Assembly: GCA_000708835.1 (NCBI GenBank)
Contig: DF237055.1
Span: 124,001 to 188,000, forward strand
Length of the DNA: 64,000 nt
Source of the DNA: Klebsormidium nitens
Lineage: Eukaryota; Plantae; Klebsormidiophyceae
Direction of reading: 5' to 3'
This document shows, one piece after another, positions 22,401 to 33,679 of this stretch. Position 1 is the stretch's first letter, and each line of letters opens with the position of its first letter. The notes under the pieces are model-generated. The model was not told the DNA's origin and searched no databases. It saw nothing but the letters and a program-made list of their open reading frames with translations. A program made the position numbers and the translations under genes.

Positions 22401-25400
22401 CAACACTCAACTCCGGGTGATCCCTCACGCCCTTTTCGATGATCTCGGCGACGTGCTTGAGCGCCGGGCCGAATTGCTTCTGGCGGTAGTAGCAGAGAGC
22501 GATGTTGTACGTCAGTTCCGGCTGGTCGCCTAAAACCGACGCCGCGTCCCCAAACCTGCGGTTTAGATTCGGGTTAGCGACGTAACTAAGTGCAAACCAA
22601 CTGCTTCTGGCGGTAGTAGCACAGCGCAATGTTGAACGTCAGCTCCGGCTGGTCGCCCAGAACCGACGCCGCGTCCACAAACCTGCGGTTTAGATCCGGG
22701 TTAACGATGGTTTTGAGGTCCATTTATACGAGACTAACAAGCTGGATTGGGAGCGAAAGAGTGAAAGACAAAGGCGTTGGGAGGACTCGAAGCTTTCTCT
22801 TGACGGAGAGTGCCTCGAAAAGGAATCAGACGTCTTAGTGGGGTCGCAGGCGGAATAAGTGGAGCAGTGTCTTTGGGTGCCGGTGTGTTTTTCTGACAAT
22901 CAAAATTGAGGAACTTCAATCGTCCTTTTCAAAAACTATATGGCAACTACCCAGGTTTGAGCTTCGTCTTTGACCCTTCGCTTAGACATTCAATTGAGGC
23001 AACTGCTTTTAACAGACGGAAACCTGCTTATCATTCTCGATCGCTTTGATGGACTCTTGCATCGAACCCTGGGCTTTCGCAGATCAAAGACGTTCAGCTT
23101 GCGAGGTCTTCAAGACTCGCACCCGAAGGAGGACCTTTTCAGATAGGTAGGCCCTTACTTGGCGTGCGCCTCGGCGTACTTGCCCTCCTTGTACAGGACG
23201 CACCCCATGTTCACCGTCACGCTGACGTCATCGGGCGTGCACTGCTCGAGCATCATCTTGCAGCCTGCGTTCATAGTCGTCTGCTTTCGTCAAGGTGTGA
23301 TTCAAGAACCCATAAGCTATGGTCATTCACGGGTTTCTGTAACGGATCGTGACTGAGGCTATGTGCCGTCGATAGCAGCAGAGACGTCTACGAGTAGCCA
23401 TAAGCTATGGCTGTGCTCAGGCTGTGCAGTAGACTGCGGCTGCCCTTTGAAAGTTGAACAAAGCATTGCAAGGATTATGACTATCCTCAAACTCGCGTCC
23501 ACCCCCCTTTTACCTTCCCTCATCTTTACCCCCCTCGCAAGCTCTTCCTCGTTACCTCCGAGTCCGCCTCTACGTCCGTATCTTATCTGCCTAATTACGG
23601 ATTCCTCGTACCTCTGTTCGCAAGCCCTTGTAAGTCTCGTAAGCTCTGGCGCGCTGCATAATGCAATCACGAACCTCTGTGCATAAAGGCGTACCTGGAA
23701 TATCGTCCTGCTCATACTTGATGCACGCTTGCAGGTTCATCATCCGTTGCCGGAACCCGTCGACGGCCGCGCCAGCCTTTGCAGCCTCCGGAAACATTCC
23801 TGCCTGCATGAGACAACCTTACTTAACTAAGTGATTATGTGAATTATGAACCGTCAAACGAAAGGAGAAAAACCAGTCAAGAGCCGAGTTAGTAAGGATG
23901 ACTAGGAAGACTGGACCGCATCATTGGGGGACTCCAAGAATGCTTCGGTAATGTGAGGTCGGGGCGCTGCAAGTATGCACTGGAATGGATATCTTCAGAA
24001 CTACAGGCTTGTCCTTTGACAACCCGTTTCCACGGCTCTGCCGGAACCTCCTCAGTCAATTCAAAAACTCTGAGTCCAGTAACATCTAAAGCCGTTTCTC
24101 CAGCCAACCCGTTCATGCGGATTCTAAGTCCTCCCCCAAATCGATCCCTGAAAGCCTACCTTGTACAGAGACTTTGCATAGTGCACTTTGTAGTCGTCGA
24201 TGTCGGGATGCAGCCGAATGAGCTGCTCATACATAGACGCTGCCTCGGGGAACATTCCGAGGTAGTAGTAGCAGTAACCCAAGAGGGACAGCGCGGCGCG
24301 GCTCTCGGGATTGAACTGCAGCTGCTGTTCCAGTACTCTGCAAAAGGAAAGAACAAGACTTCTTTGATTGTTCCATGCTTTGCAAGTGGAAGGAGAAGAC
24401 TTGTTTGTTACCGGACGCTGCCTCGAGGAACATGCTCAAGTAGTAGTAGCAGTATCCCAAAAGGGACAGCGCTGCGCGGCTCTTGGGATTGAAATGTAGC
24501 TGCTGTTCCAATACTCTGCAAATGGAGAAACAAGACTCTGTGTGATTGTTTTTTAACGTGCAACCGGAATCAGAAGACTCTCTGGGATTGAATCTGACCT
24601 ACTGAAAGGCGATTCGTTTCAAAGATCCGTTACGTTGCTTACTTAACATTGGAAGCTCGCAGGTGTGACTCACGATTGCTTCGCCCGGCAAATATAGCCG
24701 GACGCTTTAATCTGGGCTCTATTCTGGGACACTTTCTGTCCCAATGAATGATGTTCTCAGAATGAGAGTCATTTGACAAATGTTTGGAAAATGTCGTATG
24801 TTGGTTCCTTATTGGGCAGCATCTATTATGATAAGGTGGTTGAAAAAAAAGTAAAGTGGCGAGGGCGTTGCGGTGTTGTAAGACACTGCTGGACGTGCAT
24901 TTTTGAAGGCAGCTTTATGTCTCCAGGTAAATACAATGATCAAATACATGACCAGTATCCCAGCCCTTTGAATGTTTGGCATACTCTTTCTTAGTTTTGG
25001 AGAAATCTCTGCGTAGTAAGGCATCAAGATCCATGTATTGGTGCTTGCCGTGATAGAAAGCACATCGAAGAAAGCACCACCACTGCAAACTGATTCAGCG
25101 CCTCCGCAAGGCGCCCGCATTCAATTCTTGGTACTGAGCCTTTTTACTGATTTAAGACAACTTCTGAAGTGCTTAAACACACCTGCTTCTTGGAGAAACA
25201 AATCGTTTCTTATGCATTGAAACAATCCAAATTTTATGTGGCCGCTTCAGAGACCATCAATAGTCACACGAGGAGAAAGTCTTTCCCTCCGCTCCTTAGG
25301 TTAGCTGATACTGCTCTTGATAGTGCAAAAGGTGCCCCACCAGCGCAAATTGTGAGAACTATCTTTCTTAGACACACCACCACTCGAAATGCATAACACT

Positions 25401-25832
25401 CCTTGACCAGTTCCACATACGTGGGGCTCAGCCAACTCAAATTTATAGCAGGCTTACTGACAACCACAACCACCTCAAGACATTCCCAATGAGTTACAAG
25501 TAGACAGGAACCAGAAGATCAAATTGAGCACGATAAAGAGCTGCAAGAAGTGCGCTAGGCAGTCTGCCACCAAGGACTTGTTCCTTTCAGACTTTTTAGG
25601 GTTTGCACGCCACCGTCCAGCTCTAGTTGCTAGCTCCAGATTGATGAAACATGCATTGAACAGAAGGAAGTGAGACTCACTGAGCAACTTCTTTGTGTTT
25701 CCCGTCTTTAATCATGCCGTACACGCTGCTCGTGACCTGCCCGTCCTGTATTCGGACCGGGGGTGGCCCGCTCCCCAGGCCCCCAGCCAAGGGCCCCCCC
25801 ATGCCCATAGCTGTCCCCGGGGGGCCACTCAT
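16490..25832 (-). CDS. IFT70: Intraflagellar transport protein IFT70 (TTC30/fleer/DYF-1), ~680 aa
   Basis: Twelve exons: 25832-25681, 24337-24160, 23803-23695, 23264-23159, 22555-22397, 20861-20606, 19964-19782, 19399-19256, 19019-18870, 18058-17933, 17395-17120, 16693-16490 (sum 2043 nt, frame consistent). Diagnostic motifs: SRAALSLLGYCYY, EAFNLKAAIEY, DMPPRSEEELDPVTLHNQAL, NPPFPPETFGNLLLLYC, HLCIVNLVIGTLYCAK, DTWFYAKRCFL. Confidence 0.96.
17560..17925. repeat. Degenerate GCGGAC/CGGA-rich low-complexity tract in an IFT70 intron
   Basis: More than 10 occurrences of GCGGAC/GACGG within ~360 bp. Confidence 0.55.
20875..21885 (-). repeat. Higher-order tandem array of duplicated IFT70 3' splice site plus exon-6 start
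   Basis: GCTGTTGCCCACG recurs at 20822 (true exon), 21095, 21363 and 21631 (spacing 273, 268, 268). Shorter CAGGCCGTCCA..TAGCTGCGGA sub-copies lie between them, giving ~11 copies in all. Confidence 0.9.
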
Positions 25833-26582
25833 GCTGAGCTGCCTCCTTTACCAGCTCAATCTACGGTCGCTGACCATTAGTTCGAAACTACATAGCTCTT
25901 GCCTAGCACTCTTCGGTCAAAAGTGTTCCGCAGCTTTGAAAAGGGCTCCGGAACGGCGTCCCAAACTCCTGCCAATCAACGTTGCCTGCAAAGCTTTGTA
26001 ATTAGCTTCCTCTCAAAAAATACTGCTTGCAGGTTTTGGAACTTGCTGCAAGCACATTCGGGAGCTTTCTGTAGGTACCACATGCATCAATTCTACGAGG
26101 TCGACCGAGAAGCATGTATCACAATCAGCTACTCCAAAATCTCCTCAAAGTTCAAACAGATTAGCAGGTTATTCCACTTTGCTGTAGACCTGGAAGGCCC
26201 GTCTTTTGTCAAAGAACTTGCTGGCAGTCATTGCTCTTGGCAAAATGCGTTTTTGACGTTTTTTGTTCAAAGTACCTACTTCGAAGCGCAGCAAGAGAAG
26301 ACTCGGAGAAGACTGGGAGATGCCGGCCTGCAGGGGGCCTTGCGCCGGCGGCCTGCCTGCCGATTGATTCATCTCGGCAAGGTGACGCACATTTTTGACG
26401 GACCGGATGAGCGTTTACATATCATCGAGCGGTTGTGACTCGCGCCCTTGAAGAGGGGGACGGTCCATTCGACATTGGGACCACATGATCGATGCACCGT
26501 CATTGCAGGGTATAATACTATTGGTATTACCAGGTACGGTAGTATTTAAGTAGTATTAGCTTTTGCCTCTGCAGCGCAAGGG

Positions 26583-29500
26583 ATGGCGCTTCCTGTGAGC
26601 TTTGGTGACTGCTTGAAGCTAGTGCACTCAATCCAGCAGATTGCTGCTGACGTTCAGGTAAACAAGAATCTCTCCCGGCAGCTTGCTTGGTGGGCCGGCA
26701 TTGTCCATGGCGTGCTGTCTGAGGCGCAGAAGAAGGCAAGCTGAGTGCAATTGCCCAAATTGCAACGCTTAAATCGGTCCTCACCGATGCGCAGGCCCTC
26801 CTCATAGAGTTTGCGGGCACAAAATGGATGCGGAGAATGTGGACAAGGGCGAAGGATTTCCAAAGTTTTCAAAACATCCATCTTCAGTTGGATGCGAGCG
26901 TCCAGGCTTTAGCACTGGAACTGATGCTTAACATTGCAGTTCCAACGGTTAGTGTTGAGGAATTAGAGGAGAACGAGGAGGCAGACCTGGAGGAGGACAG
27001 CGTCACAGTCAAGCGGCTGCAGGAAGTGGCCAATGAGTTTCCTAGTCAGGATGGGAAGATGGAAGCTTTGTTGGCAGAGTGGTCGGAGGTCCTCAGCATG
27101 AGGCAGAGCGCTCCGAGGGCAAGCAAGGTCCCTGAACTTCCTGCAGGTTTGAAAAGGGAGGAGCTGACAGTTGGATCTAGGATTGGGGCGGGGGGATTCG
27201 GCATTGTGTATGAGGGGCAATGGAACGGCACCCCCGTCGCTGTCAAGGAGCTCCCCTACGGTGCAGACCTTAGCGAGGATGAGAGGTATGCCTTCAAGAA
27301 AGAGGCTGCTTACCATGCCGATCTCAGGCACCCTCACGTCGTTCAGGTCTTTGGGACGTGCACAGACGACCACCCATTCTACATTGTTATGGAGCTCATG
27401 AGCGGGGGCAGCCTGGCGAGCCTCATTAAGAGGAGAATCAGCGGGCATGCGGCAGGGGGGGCGGGGAGCCCTTTTCAGGTGTAGGTGGCCCGTGACATAA
27501 TGCTCCAAATTGCCAGAGCCATGGTCTATCTTCACAGCAGGCAAATTATCCACCGAGACTTGAAGGCGGCAAACATCTTGGTCAGGGTTCTGGATGAGAG
27601 CACTGGAGCGTGCGATGTCAAAGTTGCAGATTTTGGCTTGGCCACAGTGAAAACAGCAACTTCAGTGCACATGTCAAGGGCTGGCACAGGCCGCTGGATG
27701 GCCCCAGAGGTTGCTGACGACGGACCCTACTCAGGGAAGTCCGATGTTTACAGCTTCGCGGACCTGCTTCGAGATCCTGAGTGGGGGCGTGCCTTTCAGC
27801 AGCCTGAAGACAGATATGGCCGTCATGAGGGCGGTTGACAGGGGGGTGCGGCCGGAGCTTCCTGAAAGCTGCCCTGCCGAGCTGCGGGCGCTCGTCGAAA
27901 GCTGTTGGCAGCAGGACGACAGGGTGCGGCCGGGCTTTGCAGAGATCTGCAGCAGGTTGGTAGAAATGGGGGCGCTCGATAAGCCAGAGGGGGTTGTTCA
28001 ACCGGGCGGCCAGGTACTTCCACTGGCAGCCACAACGGAAGGGGAGCTGGAAGGCAAAATCCCAAGCGAGACGGCGGTTGAGAGCCTAGACGATGTCAAA
28101 CGGAGGGCTGCGGGAGGAAGTCCGGGAGCGCAGTACGAGCTGGCGCTGTGTTACTACGTTCCTCGGTTAGGTTCTCCTCTAGATTTCAGCCAGGCGGTTG
28201 AGTGGTTGAAGAAAGCGGCGGATGGAGGGGTGTCAAGAGCTCGTGCATTGCTTGCGAGATGTCACTTTGATGGGGTCGGGCTTGCAAAGGATGAAGTGAA
28301 GGGTGTCCAGTTGGCAAAGATGGTTGAGGAGGACCCCCTGGCAAAGTGCGTTTTGGGAGGGGCTTACTTGGTTGGCCAAGGGGGTGTCGAAAAGAGTGAA
28401 GCAACTGCAGCGACTTTGTTTGCCTCTGCAAAGGAGCTTCTGGAAGTACTTGCTCAAGACTCTGAGGTAAGGGCAGAAGTGCATGTTCCGGCAGATTCGT
28501 TTGGCCTGCTCCTTATTGTGGGCATTGTTGCTTGAAACATAAGTATTCATTGTGGGAGTACACAAGCACTACTTTCTGTGGACCTGCAAGGGTGACTGCA
28601 AAAGTCAGGTGTTCTGCTTTCTCATCCATTGAAGCTGACCTTCCGCTTATAATTTGATGCAACAGTTTCAGCAGTAGAGCACTTTTTGCCACGTTACTAC
28701 TTCACAGTAGTCAGCATGCGACTTACTACTTGCCTTGCATCAAGCACACGTAGCACAACAAAAACAGAAGCGATCAGGTGCCCCTTCTTACGAGTATGCC
28801 AGAATCCTGTGGCTCAGTGATGGTGCGGTATTCCTTCTGGCTATGGGTTCTTCCTTTAGATTGTCAACCCAAAGTCCTAAGAAGAGTTACTTGTCAGCTT
28901 CCTTTTCTGCTAGAAGTCATGCAGAGGGCCTACGCAACCTGCTGATTTTTAATAATTGAGCTTGGGTTGACAATTTCTCTTGTGATCCTCCAAACCTTTG
29001 ATTTCATATATGAAATCAAAATGTCCAGCAATTCTTTTCGCCCAGGTCTCCCAACCTCTTCTTACATTGCTCTTGGATCTTGCGCAGTCATAGTCTTAAA
29101 GAAACAGAGAACTGTAAGTCTATGTTTTTGTCACTCCTCAAGGACTTCCTTGAAAAAGCTGATGCTTGTTCCGGTTAGTTTTCTCTTGGTACACTTGATT
29201 CAACGTGCGCGTATGTCGCTTAGTCCAGAAAATTAACTCGTTGTTTCTTATCGAAGGGTTGTGCTGACGGACCCAATGCTTTCCCCGCCGTAGGCACCAG
29301 ACCTCCCCGTGATCCAGGCGAGCCTTGGAAACTTCTTTTTGTACGGGCGCGGGACACCGACAGACTCCGACAAGGCCTTGGCATTGTACGAGAGGGCTGC
29401 CGAGCAAGGGCATGCTGCCGCGCAGTCTGATCTCGGTGATTGCTACTTCATCGGCCAGGGAACGGAGCAGGACGAAAAGGTAGCCGTAGCATGGTACGAA

Positions 29501-31432
29501 AAAGCCGCCGAGCTAGGGTTTGCAGGCGCCCAGTTCCACCTAGCCCGATGCAAAGAGCGCGGCCGGGGCACCTCCCAAGACGCGATCGGAGCTTCCCGGT
29601 GGTACTCCACTGCTGTGGAGACATGGGGCAGAGGGGATCTTGCCCGGTGGTTCCGTCAGAACACCCGTGCGGGCCTTGGCGACGCACTCAGGGTCGACGC
29701 TTTCAGCAGGGAGTTAGTGTGGAGAGTTTCTCAGATGAGGCTTGCATGCTTGGGTCACTGTTCTCTCAACACGAAGGTTCTGGCGGCCACTTTGCAGCAA
29801 GGAAGCCCTGCGTTGCAGATGCTGGACCTGAGTAACAACGAGATTGGAGCGCAAGGGGCCCTCAAACTGGCGGCTGCCCTAGAGCAGGGGTTCCTCCCAG
29901 GGCTGCAAACGCTCCACCTTGGGTGCAACAAAATTGGGGAGAAAGGGGCCCAAGCGCTGGCAGGCGCCCTAGAGCGAGGATCCTTCCCGGCGCTGCGGGT
30001 TGTGGACCAGAACGAGATTGGAGTGCGAGGGGCCCAGGCGCTGGCAGTCGCTCTAGGACGGGGGTCCTTCCCGGTGCTGCAAACGCTGAGTCTTCGGAAG
30101 AACGAGATCCGGGAGGGGGGCGCCAAGGCGCTGGCGGCCACCCTAGAGCGTGGGTCCTTTTTGGCACTGCGGGCATTGCACCTCAGTTGGAACATGATAG
30201 AAGCGCAGGGGGCCCAAGCGCTGGCGGACGCCCTTGAGTGGGGATCCTACCCAGCGTTGCAAGAGTTGGACCTCGAATCAAACACGATAGGAGAACTGGG
30301 GGCCCGAGCGTTGGCGGCTGTCCTAGGGCGGAGGTCCATTTCGTTTCGGCTGAAGGTCTTGAACCTCGGTATGAACGAGATTGGAGTGCAGGGGGCCCTT
30401 GCACTAGCGGGCGCCCTAGAGCGGGGATCCTTCCCACAGCTGCGGGCGCTACACCTAATGGCCAACGCGATTGAGGAGCAGGGCGCCCAAGCGTTGGTAC
30501 TAGCACTCGAGCGGGGGTCCTTCCCAGCAATGCGAGAGTTGTCCCTCAGTAAGAATAAGATCGGAGCGCTGGCGGCCCAGGTGCTGGCAGGCGCGCTACA
30601 GCGGGGCTCCCTCCCAGCGCTGCAGGTAGTGGATCTTGGCGAGAATAATATTGGAGCGCGGGGGGCCAGAGCGCTGGCAGACGCCCTAGTGCGGGGGTCC
30701 CTCCCGAAACTGCAAGAATTGGACCTCAATTGGAACGACATTGGCGCGCAGGGGGCCCAGGTGCTTGCAGCCGCCCTAGGCCGGGGGTCTTTCTCGGCGC
30801 TGCAAACGCTAAACTTCGGGGGAAACGGGATCGGGGCGCAGGGGGCCCAAGCCCTGGCAGGCGCTCTCGAGCGGGGTTCTTTCCCGTCACTGCAGACGCT
30901 GCATCTACGGACAAACGCAATCGGGGATCAGGGGGCCCAAGCGTTGGGGATTGCCCTAGAGCGGGGGTCCTTCCCAGCACTGCAAACGCTCACCCTTTGG
31001 AATAACGAGATTGGAGCGCAGGGGGCCCAGGCGCTGGCGGCTGTCCTAGAGCAGGGGTCCCTCCCGGCGCTACAAATGCTGGACCTCGGCAAGAACGAGA
31101 TCGGAGTGCAGGGCGCCCAAGCGCTTGCGGCCGCCCTAGAGCGGGGCTCGTTCTCGGCGCTGCTCGACCTAAGGCTCTCGGGCAACGGGATTCGCGAGGA
31201 GGGCGCCGAAGCGCTGGCGGCTGCTTTGAAGCGGGGTTCCTTCCCGGCGCTGCAAACGTTAAACCTTGGGGGAAACGAGATCCGGGAGCGGGGCGCCCGT
31301 GCGCTGGCGGCCGCCTTGAGAAAGAGACCCTGCCCAGCACTACGAAGCCTTACCCTCTGGCACAACGGGATCAAGGAGGAGGGGCGTCTCATGCTGGAGG
31401 CCTCACTCCCCGGTGTCGCTATAGATTGGTAG
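26583..31432 (+). pseudogene. MLKL-like 4-helix bundle + TKL kinase + Sel1 repeats + 18 LRRs; disrupted
   Basis: ATG at 26583; N-terminal helical domain (VQVNKNLSRQLA...LKSVLTDAQALLIEF...WMRRMW...FQNIHLQLD). Kinase motifs GAGGFGIVY, VAVK, HRDLKAANILV, DFG, WMAPE. About 6 Sel1 repeats. Intron 28467-29293. LRR ORF ends 31432. Lesions: 1-nt frameshift ~26735, TAG at 27482-27484, frameshift ~27761. Confidence 0.82.
29801..31400 (+). repeat. Coding tandem array of 18 LRRs, mostly 90 bp / 30 aa
   Basis: Consensus GSFPALQxLxLxxNxIGAQGAQALAxALER; unit 3 has a 2-aa in-frame deletion. Confidence 0.93.
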
Positions 31433-33679
31433 TGCACCCGTTTGTATGACAGGTTCGTATTCACGCTCCAAAGCAAATCTTTGACTCGAATTGCTTTTCC
31501 ATTTAGACGCTCGATTCATCACGTCTTAAGGAAGCAGGCCATTGCGCGAGGATAAGATCAGGTCCGTTTTGCTTCACAATTGCACACGCGGATCATGATC
31601 GCAAGCGTATGTGTACACCCTTTGTTCTTTTCTTTTCGCATGTGGAGAGCCCACACCCTCTCATTTGGAAAGGGTTTGCTTACGGAATCGTGATTCTCTA
31701 GGTAGTGGCTCGGACTGGTAAAACACCGGATCCGTCCCCGGAATCATCATTAGTTTTCGGTCGATTTCTTACACAGAGTTTCATAAAGAAGTGTCTCTGA
31801 CCTTTCCGAGGGGCCCTGAACAATCTCTGGGTTTGGTCGCCTCAATCATATTCTTGGGTAGGGGTAACAGTTTTTGCCGAGTCTCCCTAAAGCCAACTTC
31901 TGGGTCGGTCGATGGCAGTCGATTGCTGTCGATCGTTCTTAAGGTGATTTGCGGCTTGACCATAAGGTCGGATCTTGTCTCCAAACCAGTTTTCTGAGCT
32001 GACGGTTAAGGAGTCTTGGCAGCGACGGTCGCAGTCTTCGCGGACTTCAGAAACAACGTGTAAATAACTTTTCAGCTTTCAGTGCCCGGTATTTCGCGAA
32101 CTGGAATCTGAACAACAAAGCAAAGGGAAGCTACTAAGGTGTTACTCTCGAAAAAGCGCTTGTTCAGAGGTTTCCAAAAGCATTCAGTACTACTTGGAGC
32201 ATAGGACTGCCCTCTGCGAAAGTCGAGACCCTTCTAATGACTAGATCTTTCTTGAGTTTCTTTCTGGTACGCTAAGCGTTGATCAGAACCACAAACGTCG
32301 TTGTTGATCGACCCCTAGTCTCTGCTCCGCACTGAAAAGGACCCCCGCCCTTCTGCAGGAAACTGTCGCTGCCTGACGTCATTGCGTCTGCATTGCTGTC
32401 GAGGATCTGGTGGAGTTAACGTTAAGTTTTGCACAGGTGCTTGGTGTGCATAGTCAGTGGTTCTTTATCTATTATGTCAGTGTTCGAGGCTTGTAGCTTG
32501 TTGAAAGTGGCCTTCGGAACGCTTGAACACCTTCGAGTGCACCAGATGAGTGCGTGGGACAAAGTAGCCCCACTGTAAAATCTACATTATATGCTGTTCA
32601 ATAGGTATAGGCCTAACCCTGACGTACCAAGCCTAGGGTGGCACACTAAATTCGGGTTGCTTGGTTTCTCGGGTAAAGCATACAAAGCCGTTTTAGATAG
32701 ATCTGTTTGTCACCCTACGAGTACCCTGTACATCACAGAAGGCCAAAAGCTGGTCACAATTCGGTCGTCCATCGCAGCTGCCGGTTTTGACTGCATTAGC
32801 ATAGACCCGCCCCCATTCAACATGACTGGCACGGTACTAAGTATTTAGATCCACGTGTACGCTGATGCCGTGTATATAGACAACTATACGTGTACCGTAC
32901 CGTTCGTGCAAGGTGTTTTACAATGGTGGCTGCGCGCGGACCGGCGGCCGCATGCGCGACTTGTTTGTTTCCATAAATGATATAGGAACGTCTGATCATG
33001 CCATTTTGATGTGTGACTATAGCGAAGTGCGCGACCGTCGTGCATGCATATATGCCCAATATCCGGAATATGAAAGTATTGATCAAGTCGATCTCCAGCA
33101 TGACTATAGTGCTAGTGTCACTAATTGAACATGTTGTCCCGACTCCTGAACAGGGACTTACTGCCCAGCGCACGTATCATTACGTCCGACCGACCAGCTC
33201 CGAGTCGATCCACGTCGCGAATCATTCGCGCTGACGAGATTACTTGCCGGCATTGAAACTTAGGGTGCAGCTTTTGTCCTTGGGATTTGTCGAATCCATA
33301 TAACTGCTTCATGATGCACTGAGCGCAAGAATCACCAGTACAGGCTCAGATCGACGATCCTGGCTAACGAACATGGCGGTCTGGTGTTCCAGATCCCCCA
33401 TTTCAGCGAGCGCAGTTGGAGATAAGATATACCATTTCCTCAAAGAGCAGAGAGCTCGCTAGGGCATCGAAGGTCCATCAGTGGAGTTAAGGGTTGCATC
33501 CATGTTGCCTTGATAATTCCAAGCACCGATTTTCGCTTCCAAGTTCCTTGATTCATGACCACTGTTTCCGTGCATTTTTGCCAGGAAAGGCCCCTTACCT
33601 ACGTAAATACATCTCAATAGCATAACAAGTACCTAGCTAAACCACTCTTCCGACAAGCTTTATGCGATTCCCGGACACA

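Noticed and set aside
23040-23110. GGTTCGAT B-box-like motif on the minus strand
   Set aside because: No A box and no cloverleaf stems.
29440-31476. Many overlapping ORFs on both strands in the LRR array
   Set aside because: Frame shadows of a GC-rich 90-bp coding repeat.
32900-33312. Possible decayed coding remnant (DLFVS..GTSDH on +, or a protein-like minus frame)
   Set aside because: Motif spacing is too short for an APE endonuclease and the two strands give conflicting readings.
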